The notes under the pieces were generated by a model that searched no databases, had not been told where the DNA came from, and was given only the letters and a program-made list of their open reading frames with translations. 39,858 nt of DNA from a virus. Shown piece after piece: positions 27,143 to 35,018 of this stretch; position 1 is the first letter of the stretch, and every line of letters starts with the position of its first letter. The DNA lies in the IMG/VR virus record IMGVR_UViG_3300026522_000061. The stretch is one strand, 5' to 3'. The position numbers and the translations under genes are program-made.

Positions 27143-27601
27143 TTAATCCTCCCTCAGTTCGTTGTAACGCATCTTTAGGTTAGTCACGATTTGCAGGCGT
27201 TCCACGTCAGCAGGGCCGGTAATGCGCCCGCAGACAAACTGCACTGCACCCGAAAGCAGCATAACGTCTAAACTGCGGTCTGCGTCGAAATCCTTGCCGC
27301 CCTCCAGTTCCGCGGTATGCAGCCACGTAGCCGCGGTTATCAGTACGTCGGCCAGTTCGTCGCTGGCGGTATTGTGTATCTTAGCCTCGTACAGCGCGAC
27401 AAAATCCGCGTCCGATAACTTGTTAGCCTCAGCATCCAAAACGCGAATATCGCCCACTTCTGCGCCTTTGTCGCACGCCTCCCAGTATTCGCGCTGCTCT
27501 ACACCTAACGCGTGGATGCAGCCTAAACTACTGGTGTCCTTTCCTCGCTTCGTCGCTGAGGCGTGGCAGCGTTCTGCTATCGTTGAAATCAGATTGTACA
27601 T
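27143..27601 (-). CDS. Hypothetical all-alpha protein (possibly a MazG-like NTP pyrophosphohydrolase; weak call)
   Basis: 152-aa ORF. The functional guess rests on size and position only. Confidence 0.55.
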   Translation of the reverse strand: MYNLISTIAERCHASATKRGKDTSSLGCIHALGVEQREYWEACDKGAEVGDIRVLDAEANKLSDADFVALYEAKIHNTASDELADVLITAATWLHTAELEGGKDFDADRSLDVMLLSGAVQFVCGRITGPADVERLQIVTNLKMRYNELRED

Positions 27602-27666
27602 AATTGGAATTTTTAGAAAGCCCAGCGCAGGCGCATACCCGCGCCGGGCAAATGGTTGGTACTTGT

Positions 27667-28227
27667 TTACAAATCGTCGTCGTCCTCGCAGTCAATATCG
27701 CCAAAGTCGCTTTCAGCGGATGCCCTGCCGCCCAGTCTCTCGCCGTCCTTGAACTTCATAATGTTGTTAAGGCCGCAGGCTACGCCACGATTACCACTAA
27801 CGTCGTAGCCATAGAAAGTTATCGATACGTAGGCCCATACGCCGCTATAAATCTCGTCCTCGTCGGTAATAGGGTTCTTATGCTTATCGCATACGCCCGG
27901 ACGCGTATTACTCTTAGCGTTGATAAAGTAGCAGTCTGCGTAAACGTCGTCTTCCTCTTTGTCGGTGTCTCCGTCACGCAGTGGCATATCCAGCTTCTTA
28001 GGCTCTTTGCCTCCCCACTTGGAAACGGTAGCGGCTTTCTTTGCCGCCTCGATAGCCTTTTTAATAGCCTCTACGGTTTCCTTTTCGTCTTTGGGGATTA
28101 GTACGTTTGTCATATACTTGCCGTTGCTGGTGTCACCATCGGGCGCGTACTTGTTGAAAACGTGGGCGTAGCTCAGTCGGCACGGGCCGAAAACTACCTT
28201 TGTGTCCTTTACTTGAGGTGTAATCAT
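27667..28227 (-). CDS. DUF2815-like single-stranded DNA-binding protein with an acidic C-terminal tail (..CEDDDDL)
   Basis: 186 aa. The N-terminus KVVFGPCRLSYAHVF and synteny with the DUF2800-like nuclease and polymerase support the call. Confidence 0.7.
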   Translation of the reverse strand: MITPQVKDTKVVFGPCRLSYAHVFNKYAPDGDTSNGKYMTNVLIPKDEKETVEAIKKAIEAAKKAATVSKWGGKEPKKLDMPLRDGDTDKEEDDVYADCYFINAKSNTRPGVCDKHKNPITDEDEIYSGVWAYVSITFYGYDVSGNRGVACGLNNIMKFKDGERLGGRASAESDFGDIDCEDDDDL

Positions 28228-28239
28228 AACTTAAAAATT

Positions 28240-28368
28240 TTAAGGGGTTATTCTTCTTCTGTTGTCTCGTTGGTAACTTCTGAAACCGTGTACCGCTATA
28301 CCCAGCAGGATAGCCAAATACAAAGCCCAAAACGGGTGGTACATCACGAAATCAAATAAATCCTGCAT
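28240..28368 (-). CDS. Small hydrophobic protein (42 aa: MQDLFDFVMYHPFWALYLAILLGIAVHGFRSYQRDNRRRITP), below the ORF-track cutoff
   Basis: Hand-translated. Its start makes a TAATG overlap with the upstream stop. One predicted TM helix. Confidence 0.4.
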   Translation of the reverse strand: MQDLFDFVMYHPFWALYLAILLGIAVHGFRSYQRDNRRRITP

Positions 28369-29516
28369 TATTCTACATTTTTGAAATCGTCTAACATCGG
28401 GTTAAATGCTGGCCGCTTGTCGCTTTCGGGTGCCAGTGTCGGTTTGCCCTGCGGCTTCTCGATATACTCGCCACAGATAGCGTTAAACTGCTTCTTTCCG
28501 GCCAGCTTCTCCAGCTCGGTAATGGTTTTCAGTTCCTGCGGCTTGTATATCTCCGTGGTCTTATAACCGGCTTTGTTAAGCGCGGCTGCGGCTCCGTCTT
28601 GGTCGGTAATCTTCCGCACGCTGCGGCCCTCTACCAGTTTCCAGCCCGGCAGCTCCACGCCTGCTAACGCCTGCTGTAGCGCGTAGTCCTCGATACCTGC
28701 CAGCCACGTTTTAACGGTTGCCAGCTTCGGCAGTACCTCGGTGGCCAGTTCCTCGGCAGTCAGTATCTTGTCGGCGTAATCTGCTGCCATCTGTGTACAT
28801 TGGTTCGCTAAAGCGCGGCAGCTGCTCTTTACCTTGCAGAACTGGCACCACTTGCCGGGGTTCTGCTTGCCCTTGCCATCGTAGGCGGCTTTTGCGGCCG
28901 GTCTCAGCGTTTCATCAGTCCACGCCATCAGGTCGCTAACCGATAACTCAAACTCGCTTAGGTTGTCGATACGTGGCTGTACGATAGTCATACGCACGCG
29001 CTCTATACGATAGTCGAAACTAAACTTATCGTAGGCTCCCAGCGCGTATATCATCATCTGCGGGTTATGTTCGGCAGATACGCGCACGCCCTTGCCGTAC
29101 TTGAAATCTATAACCTCCATACAGCCGTCTGCGATAATAATAGCGTCGGCAGTACCGAAAGCCTCCGGCACGTACTCGCTGAAATCCAAACGGGTTTCTA
29201 TCAGCAGCTGCGCGTCCTTGGTCTTGTCCAGTGCCTCGTTAAGTTTCTCCAGTACGATAACCTTGTACGTGTCGGTGTATTCGTCCATTTCCCCGGTGTG
29301 GTACTGCTCGTTAAGCGCGGCTATTTCTTCCTGCTCTCCATTGGTAGGCAGTCCGATATACTCCTTTAGCTTCTTGGCGCAGTACGCGTGTGCTAACGTG
29401 CCCTCGGCTGCATAGCTGCTGCCGCTGTCCTCTACGTTAGCCTCCAGCCTTGGGGCGGCTGCGCAGTTAATCCAGCGGTGCGCAGCGGACGGGCTTAATA
29501 ATGCGTGTGCTCCCAT
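28368..29516 (-). CDS. DUF2800-like PD-(D/E)XK nuclease with a C-terminal Cys cluster
   Basis: MGAHALLSPSAAHRWINC start, DFKYGKG motif and CQFCKVKSSC cluster. The track ORF extends to 29579, but that overlaps the upstream gene by 58 nt, so the ATG at 29516 is preferred. Confidence 0.75.
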   Translation of the reverse strand: MGAHALLSPSAAHRWINCAAAPRLEANVEDSGSSYAAEGTLAHAYCAKKLKEYIGLPTNGEQEEIAALNEQYHTGEMDEYTDTYKVIVLEKLNEALDKTKDAQLLIETRLDFSEYVPEAFGTADAIIIADGCMEVIDFKYGKGVRVSAEHNPQMMIYALGAYDKFSFDYRIERVRMTIVQPRIDNLSEFELSVSDLMAWTDETLRPAAKAAYDGKGKQNPGKWCQFCKVKSSCRALANQCTQMAADYADKILTAEELATEVLPKLATVKTWLAGIEDYALQQALAGVELPGWKLVEGRSVRKITDQDGAAAALNKAGYKTTEIYKPQELKTITELEKLAGKKQFNAICGEYIEKPQGKPTLAPESDKRPAFNPMLDDFKNVE

Positions 29517-29521
29517 ACTCG

Positions 29522-30052
29522 TTAAAATGGACAATTCTCTACTAACTCGTCGTTCTTTACTTTCACATTCTCGCAGCACTGGATAAACTTGTAGCGGCTA
29601 TCGCTGTCGGGTAATGCGCTTGGCTTCTCTGCACCGCAAAAGGCTGCGGTATTCTTAAACCACCCGGTCAGTACCTTGTGCCACTTCTTGTAACCCTCGC
29701 TGTCGGGCTGCTCCTTGTAGTTCTCGCCCTCGATACGCTGGCGCACCTTGTGCATAGCGGCGCGTACATCTACCTCGGTGTACTCCTTGTTTTGCGCTGG
29801 CTGCTCTGCTGGTGCGGGTTCTGCTGCCGGTTGCTCTGTCTGAGGTGCGGCGGCTTCTGCCTGCGGGTTCTCTACTTCGGGCTTCGGCTGTGGTTCTTTT
29901 TCCACTTGCTTTGCCTGCTTTCTCGGTTTCGGGGCTGGCCCTGCTTCGGGTGCCGCCTCGCGGTTCTCGGTAAACTTGGAAATCAAACCCAGCAGGGCGC
30001 TTTCCATACCGATAGTTACCTTTACGTTAATTTCGATTGGTTGCATAAACAC
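29522..30052 (-). CDS. Hypothetical protein with a central P/A/E/Q-rich linker
   Basis: 176-aa ORF. Confidence 0.6.
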   Translation of the reverse strand: MFMQPIEINVKVTIGMESALLGLISKFTENREAAPEAGPAPKPRKQAKQVEKEPQPKPEVENPQAEAAAPQTEQPAAEPAPAEQPAQNKEYTEVDVRAAMHKVRQRIEGENYKEQPDSEGYKKWHKVLTGWFKNTAAFCGAEKPSALPDSDSRYKFIQCCENVKVKNDELVENCPF

Positions 30053-30058
30053 TATTAT

Positions 30059-30319
30059 TTAATAGTTGGAAACAAAGTTTGTCAGCTCGTCGATAGTTCC
30101 GCGTTTCTCCCATCTGAGGTATAGGCGGTGGAAAATGTAGCCAGCGGCTACGGCTATCAGCTTGGACGATACCAGCGTATAAACCCAGCTTGTAAACGGC
30201 AGCTCATCTGCCGGTACTGCCATAATACCCAGCATCGCTATAGTGCCCAGTATCAGCAGCACCCAGTAGCGGTAATTACAGATAATCTTTTTCATACTCT
30301 TATTGGATTTGGTTAGCAA
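30059..30319 (-). CDS. Small membrane protein (two predicted TM helices)
   Basis: 86 aa with hydrophobic segments YWVLLILGTIAMLGIMAV and LVSSKLIAVAAGYIF. Confidence 0.6.
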   Translation of the reverse strand: MLTKSNKSMKKIICNYRYWVLLILGTIAMLGIMAVPADELPFTSWVYTLVSSKLIAVAAGYIFHRLYLRWEKRGTIDELTNFVSNY

Positions 30320-30605
30320 AATCGTTTTCCAGTGTGTACAGTATATCGCCCCACTGTTTAATCGTTACATCAGTCCAGCGGCCTATAACGCGCCCGTCCA
30401 CGGATGCCACCGCTACGCTGTTGTTCTTGTCGCAGTCCAGCTTTACGCGCCCGCCCTTGAAACGCTGGTGCATATTGTTATCTGCCGTGTGCTCGGTCTC
30501 GCAGTTCGGTACGTAACCCTGCGGTGCCTGCTTCAAAGGATAATTTTCTGTCATATCACCTAAATTTGAATTATTAAAAATCACATATACGTAGCTTCCC
30601 AGCAT
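30300..30605 (-). CDS. Hypothetical protein (101 aa)
   Basis: ORF from the track in the early operon. Confidence 0.55.
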   Translation of the reverse strand: MLGSYVYVIFNNSNLGDMTENYPLKQAPQGYVPNCETEHTADNNMHQRFKGGRVKLDCDKNNSVAVASVDGRVIGRWTDVTIKQWGDILYTLENDFANQIQ

Positions 30606-30781
30606 TTGAGGATTTGCCGCCCCGTGGTAAACTTGGTTCGCCCGGCTTTCCGCACGCTAAAGCGTATGCAGCCGTCCAGCTCCCAGCGTCTAATCGTGTG
30701 GCGTTCTACGCCCAGCAGTTCTGCCGCCTCCCGCTGGCTGTACCTCCTATCCGGGTCGCAGGCTGGTTTAACTTGCACCAT
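30581..30781 (-). CDS. Excisionase/MerR-type helix-turn-helix protein (Xis- or Cro-like)
   Basis: YSQREAAELLGVERHTIRRWELDG is a typical HTH_17/excisionase motif. Confidence 0.65.
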   Translation of the reverse strand: MVQVKPACDPDRRYSQREAAELLGVERHTIRRWELDGCIRFSVRKAGRTKFTTGRQILKCWEATYM

Positions 30782-31004
30782 AGCGGGTAACTGTTAATAC
30801 CAGTCCATCGGTTTTGCAGGCAAAGCGGCAGTTTTCCATTTTGCCCATAGCGTAGGCGGTGTTTTTTTGGCTGTCCAAATCGTAACCGTCTTTGCAGGTT
30901 ACGCGCAGTTCGTCACCGTCTCGCATCGCCCGCAGACGTTCGCGGGTAACTTTTTCGGCGGCATTTGCCGCATTTTCGGTAGCTTTCTGTGCCATTTCTT
31001 CCAT
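30768..31004 (-). CDS. Hypothetical first gene of the leftward early operon
   Basis: 78-aa ORF directly downstream of the switch region. Confidence 0.55.
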   Translation of the reverse strand: MEEMAQKATENAANAAEKVTRERLRAMRDGDELRVTCKDGYDLDSQKNTAYAMGKMENCRFACKTDGLVLTVTRYGAS

Positions 31005-31026
31005 TTTTCGTTAAAAACTTCGTTCG

Positions 31027-31061
31027 TTTGTTGGTTGGCTCGGAAAAACTGCCTACCTTTG
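31027..31061 (+). promoter_or_regulatory. Candidate rightward promoter: TTTG (31027-31030), N23 spacer, TAccTTTG (31054-31061)
   Basis: Third exact TACCTTTG box. The spacer is longer than the 19-21 nt consensus. Confidence 0.35.
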
Positions 31062-31143
31062 CCAGTGGATTTTATGCGTTTCCGGCCTTTTAGGTCGGCA
31101 GCCTTTCCTTTGCCTCTTTCGTTCGTTGGTTCGTTCGTTGGTG

Positions 31144-31174
31144 CAAAGGTAGAGGTTTTTCGGTAATCTCCAAA
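31144..31174 (-). promoter_or_regulatory. Leftward early promoter (Bacteroidota type) on the minus strand: TTTG (31174-31171), N19 spacer, TAccTTTG (31151-31144)
   Basis: The plus strand reads CAAAggTA, 19 nt, CAAA. The spacer contains a TTTCGG half-site. Confidence 0.55.
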
Positions 31175-31231
31175 ATTTTTCGTGAAAAAAATCACCCGAA
31201 AAGCGGTATTTTTTCGGTTTTGCCACCGAAA
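31158..31231. promoter_or_regulatory. Putative operator array: five TTTCGG/TTTCGT/CCGAAA half-sites
   Basis: Half-sites at 31158, 31178, 31196, 31212 and 31226 form two imperfect inverted repeats between the divergent repressor and early genes. Confidence 0.5.
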
Positions 31232-31267
31232 TACCACTAAAACGGGTCTAAAACGCTCTAAAAATGT

Positions 31268-31654
31268 ATGGCAGATTTTGAAAATTATGCAGTAGAGGTG
31301 CGAAACCGCATTAACCTGCTACTTAGCGAAAAGGGTTTTACCCAAAATTCGGTAGCCGCTGGCGATACCGCAGCCCAAAAACGGCTAAACAGTCAGTTAA
31401 GCCACGGCAGTAACTTAACCCTCGATACCATCCTGCGCGTGCTGGATGCCTGCCCGGACGTATCGGCAGACTGGCTGCTGCGTGGTGCAGGGGATAAATA
31501 CAAAACCCCGCAAACCATCACCGGCGCGGGTAACGTAACGGGCAAAAACGCCACGGTCATAGGTCAGCAGACATTATCGGAAACCTTTGTGCGTGACCTG
31601 CTGGCAGAAAAGGATAAACAGATACAAACCCTATTACAGATAATGGCAAAATGA
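31268..31654 (+). CDS. CI-like repressor (XRE-type HTH)
   Basis: 128 aa with N-terminal INLLLSEKGFTQNSVAA...LTLDTILRVLDACPDVSADWLLRG. It is divergent from the early operon and upstream of the integrase. Confidence 0.75.
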   Translation: MADFENYAVEVRNRINLLLSEKGFTQNSVAAGDTAAQKRLNSQLSHGSNLTLDTILRVLDACPDVSADWLLRGAGDKYKTPQTITGAGNVTGKNATVIGQQTLSETFVRDLLAEKDKQIQTLLQIMAK

Positions 31655-32190
31655 AAAAGTTAATGGTAACTGCCGCTTTGTCGGCATTATGCACGTGCGC
31701 ATACGCGCAGACGGATAGTATAGGTATATACAAAGTAGATAACGCAGGTATCAGCCGCATAGAGGCACTGCGCCCGGCGCAGACTAAAATAAGCGGTGGT
31801 CTAAAAAGCAAAGCAAAGGTAGTGTTTAACGGTGCTGCCAGCCAAAACCGCTTTGCCGGTTCTGCCACGTTCCGGCTATACTTCGGCACGCCATCGCCCT
31901 ACGATGCCGCTAAATACTTTATGTTTACCCCGTCCTACAGCGTGAAAGATTTTAGCGTGGGCCGGTTTGAGGTTAAAAAAGAAAACCGCTACCTCACTAC
32001 GGTAACGGTTTCTATCGTTGGCTCCAAAATCGGGGTTAGTGTCGCCAAAGGTGTAAACGTGGAATATAGGCAGCTGCGCGATAACGTGTACGAAATCACC
32101 GTTACCGGGCCAGCTGGCGAATACTGCATTATGCCCGTGCTAAATGGCACTGCCGGTTATGCTGGTGTGTTTGATTTTGCACTGGAATAA
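31651..32190 (+). CDS. Secreted or lipoprotein-like protein of unknown function (lysogeny-module moron)
   Basis: Signal peptide MKKLMVTAALSALCTCAYAQ. Its start makes an ATGA overlap with the repressor stop. Confidence 0.7.
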   Translation: MKKLMVTAALSALCTCAYAQTDSIGIYKVDNAGISRIEALRPAQTKISGGLKSKAKVVFNGAASQNRFAGSATFRLYFGTPSPYDAAKYFMFTPSYSVKDFSVGRFEVKKENRYLTTVTVSIVGSKIGVSVAKGVNVEYRQLRDNVYEITVTGPAGEYCIMPVLNGTAGYAGVFDFALE

Positions 32191-32486
32191 ACAGCAAATT
32201 TTCAGCAAATAGTTTTATATATGTTATAACTCGCTGATTTTCAAGCATTATAAAAATACCTATTTATATAGTTAGGCATATAGCCGCTGGTAGATAAAAC
32301 ACAAAGCGCAGTTTGCCGTAACTATTTGATACCCACAGATAACAAAACCGCTTTCAGCGAATTTTAAGCACAGCAAATTTGCCGATAAATATAATAAAGT
32401 GGTCGCTGGTGGCGTTTAATATGGTAGGTATCGGTATATTTGGGCACATTTTTAAGCAACAAATCAGCAAAACGAAAGCAAATTAT
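32191..32486. promoter_or_regulatory. Candidate attP region with CAGCAAAT-type repeats
   Basis: CAGCAAAT occurs at 32192, 32203 and 32371, with variants at 32465 and 32476. This AT-rich intergenic region lies immediately upstream of int. Confidence 0.4.
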
Positions 32487-33707
32487 ATGGCAAAATCAAA
32501 ACTGCGCTTGGACATTAGGCGCAAACTGAAAGACGGCACGTACCCGGTACAGATAGCCGTAGGGTACGGCACTAACTTGTATTTGGCTACTGGTATCTTC
32601 CTGCCTGCTAAGGATTGGGACGCAGCCACCCAGCGGGCTACCGGGAAAAGCGCAAAGCGCATTAACGCGGTACTTGATACCCTGCTAACCCGCACGGCTA
32701 ACCGCATACTGGAACTGCGCGAAAGCGGAAGGTTTGGCACGCTCACTACAGCACAGCTGCGCGAAATGCTTACTAACTTGGAACTGGACGCGCCTACGGT
32801 TGGCGTTCCTACTCTCGGCACTCTGTTTGAAACCATCATAGCCACAAAGCAGGGCGGCACTGCTGCGCTGTTTGGTCAGACGCTCAAAAAGCTGGCAGCC
32901 TACTGCGACGTATATAACGTGCGGTTTGAAAGCATAACGAAACTATGGATAGACGGGTTTTATAGCAGCCTTACCGGGCTGTCGGTTAATAGCCGCGGTA
33001 TGCACCTGCGAAACCTGCGTAACGTCATTAACTACGCGCTGGATGAAAACTACACCACTAACTACCCGTTCCGTAACTACCGCATACCGTCTGAGGAAAC
33101 GGCTATGCGTGTGCTGCCCATTGAGAAAATGCGGCAGCTGCGTGCCCTCCAGCTCTCTGCCTACGATAGCGAATACCGCGACATATTTCTGCTGCTGTTC
33201 TACCTTGTCGGTATTAATATGGTAGATTTGGCCAGCCTCACCAAAGATAACATAGTGGACGGGCGGCTGGAATACCGCAGGGCGAAAACGGGAAAGTTCT
33301 ACAGCATAAAGATAGAGGTAGAGGCGCAGGAAATCTTAGATAGGTACAAAGGCAAAAAACATCTGCTGCGGCAGTTTGATAGATACGATAACTACCGCGA
33401 TTATATGGCACATCTTAACGCCGCGCTGCGAAAGATAGGCCCTGCCAAAATGGTAAACGGCAAACCCGTGTACACCCGTAACCACTTGCCCGTAATGGTT
33501 CCGCTGGAAAGCGCGATAACTTCATATTGGGCGCGTTACTCTTGGGCTACATACGCAGCGGATTTGGACATACCCAAAGATACCATTTCTGAGGCTTTGG
33601 GGCACGTCCACGGCTCTAAAATAACTGGCGTGTATATTAAGTTTAGCCGCGACAAAATAGACGCCGCAAACCGCCGTGTTATTGATTGGGTCGTAAATGG
33701 AAAATAG
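32487..33707 (+). CDS. int: Tyrosine site-specific integrase (Bacteroidota phage type)
   Basis: MAKSKLRLDIRRKLKDGTYPV arm-binding N-terminus and C-terminal ...WARYSWATY...LGHVHGS..TGVYIKF. The track ORF starts at 32379, but the ATG at 32487 gives the conserved N-terminus. Confidence 0.85.
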   Translation: MAKSKLRLDIRRKLKDGTYPVQIAVGYGTNLYLATGIFLPAKDWDAATQRATGKSAKRINAVLDTLLTRTANRILELRESGRFGTLTTAQLREMLTNLELDAPTVGVPTLGTLFETIIATKQGGTAALFGQTLKKLAAYCDVYNVRFESITKLWIDGFYSSLTGLSVNSRGMHLRNLRNVINYALDENYTTNYPFRNYRIPSEETAMRVLPIEKMRQLRALQLSAYDSEYRDIFLLLFYLVGINMVDLASLTKDNIVDGRLEYRRAKTGKFYSIKIEVEAQEILDRYKGKKHLLRQFDRYDNYRDYMAHLNAALRKIGPAKMVNGKPVYTRNHLPVMVPLESAITSYWARYSWATYAADLDIPKDTISEALGHVHGSKITGVYIKFSRDKIDAANRRVIDWVVNGK

Positions 33708-33753
33708 CCGCGCTTGCCCTCACGGGTTAGCACGGCTGGTACAAAACAAAAGG

Positions 33754-34194
33754 TCAGAATTTCCGTTTTAAGTATAAAACCAAATGCCACATTATTGCGG
33801 CTATGCAGCACAAACCGCCTGCCCACATCAGCCCCGTTTCGTACCATCGGCGGGGCTTTTCTATATATACGGGCTTTTCCACGCGGATGCTGTCGCGGCG
33901 TTCCCTATACACCGTATCGCGCATGGTTCTGTACTTGTACAGCGTATCAGTGTGTACCTTGTACTGGTAGCGAACGCGCTCCACGTACTTAGTTACCGTA
34001 TCGCCCTTTTCCCGCACGTAGATGCTATCGCGGATATAGATACTATCGCGCTGCATCAGCCGGGCAAATATGCTATCCAGCTGGCGGGTGCTTACTCTCG
34101 TACTGTCGCGGCTTTCGTCATACGTTGAGGCGTAACGGGTGCTGGCGCAGCTGGCCAGCAGGATAGCCGCTAAAATCAAAAATAGATGCTTCAT
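33754..34194 (-). CDS. Lipoprotein with a C-terminal TM helix (u-spanin-like lysis protein)
   Basis: The internal start MKHLFLILAAILLASC provides a lipobox. The C-terminus LMWAGGLCCIAAIMWHLVLYLKRKF is hydrophobic. The ATG lies 1 nt after the amidase stop, whereas the longer track ORF would overlap the amidase by 161 nt. Confidence 0.7.
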   Translation of the reverse strand: MKHLFLILAAILLASCASTRYASTYDESRDSTRVSTRQLDSIFARLMQRDSIYIRDSIYVREKGDTVTKYVERVRYQYKVHTDTLYKYRTMRDTVYRERRDSIRVEKPVYIEKPRRWYETGLMWAGGLCCIAAIMWHLVLYLKRKF

Positions 34195-34195
34195 A

Positions 34196-34597
34196 CTACA
34201 AATCGGTTTTAACGTCAAAACTTGGGCACGCTTTCGCGGCAAATTCTCTGTGGCCGTGTACGGTTGCACCGGGGTACTGCTTTTGCAGGTCAGCCACCAA
34301 CCTGCGCAGGGCTTCGCGCTGCTGAGGCGTGCGCGTGTCCTTTGGTGTCTTGCCATCAGCAGCGCAGCCGCCTATATAGCAAACGCCTATGCTGTTGGCG
34401 TTATGGCCGGTGCAGTGCGCACCTATCTGCGCCACTGGCCTGCCAGTGTGTACGCTTCCGTCCCGGTAAATAACGTAATGGTAGCCGATACACTGCCAGC
34501 CACGCGATTTGTGCCAGCGGTCTATATCGCCTACGGTGTAGTCGCGTCCCTCCGCGGTCGCGCTACAGTGTACTATAATCTCGTTTATCTTTCTCAT
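34196..34597 (-). CDS. N-acetylmuramoyl-L-alanine amidase endolysin (Amidase_2/PGRP, T7-lysozyme-like)
   Basis: HCSAT, GYHYVI, HNANSIGVCYIGG and HREFAAKACPSF zinc-ligand pattern. Confidence 0.9.
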   Translation of the reverse strand: MRKINEIIVHCSATAEGRDYTVGDIDRWHKSRGWQCIGYHYVIYRDGSVHTGRPVAQIGAHCTGHNANSIGVCYIGGCAADGKTPKDTRTPQQREALRRLVADLQKQYPGATVHGHREFAAKACPSFDVKTDL

Positions 34598-34598
34598 C

Positions 34599-35018
34599 TT
34601 AATATCCGTTTTGGGGTTCTCGCTGGCCGCACTTCTTACGTATGCAGCGGTACGTCTGTAACTCCAGCTCTACTTTGCCTTTCTCTTTGGTAAGCTCCAG
34701 CACCTCGGCGTTTAGCTTCCGCACCAGTTCCGTTTGCTGCGCAAATCGTTCTTCCTTTTCTTGCAGCTGTGTTTGCAGGAACTCCACCGTTTGGCGAAGT
34801 ACGTTAAACTCTACGCTGTCTGCCTCTGCTTCTGCTTTGCGGCTGTTCGGCTTTCGGTTGATTAGGTACTTAATTGCCTCCCATCCACCCAGCGCGGTTA
34901 GCACGGCTGCAAAGGATGCCGCGATAATCTGTACTATTTCTGCGTTCATTCTTTCGCATATAACTCTATTACTATCCCGTTTTCTTTCTGCTCCACGATA
35001 ATAACCCAGTGCTTGCAT
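34599..35018 (-). CDS. Membrane-anchored coiled-coil lysis-cassette protein (holin or i-spanin-like); probable true start at 34949
   Basis: From MNAEIV there is one TM helix (IVQIIAASFAAVLTALGGWEAI) followed by a long coiled coil. It lies directly upstream of the amidase. Confidence 0.65.
   Translation of the reverse strand: MQALGYYRGAERKRDSNRVICERMNAEIVQIIAASFAAVLTALGGWEAIKYLINRKPNSRKAEAEADSVEFNVLRQTVEFLQTQLQEKEERFAQQTELVRKLNAEVLELTKEKGKVELELQTYRCIRKKCGQREPQNGY

Noticed and set aside
30899-31237. 112-aa minus-strand ORF spanning the switch region
   Set aside because: It covers the promoter and operator intergenic region and overlaps the 30768-31004 gene. Its composition is basic and low-complexity, so it is judged spurious.
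32379-32486. Upstream extensions of the integrase ORF (start 32379) and of the DUF2800-like nuclease ORF (start 29579)
   Set aside because: The extensions are hydrophobic or atypical and overlap regulatory DNA or the upstream gene. The internal ATGs (32487 and 29516) give the conserved family N-termini.
34195-34356. N-terminal extension of the 200-aa track ORF (33754-34356)
   Set aside because: It would overlap the amidase gene by 161 nt. The internal ATG at 34194 yields a canonical lipoprotein signal immediately after the amidase stop.
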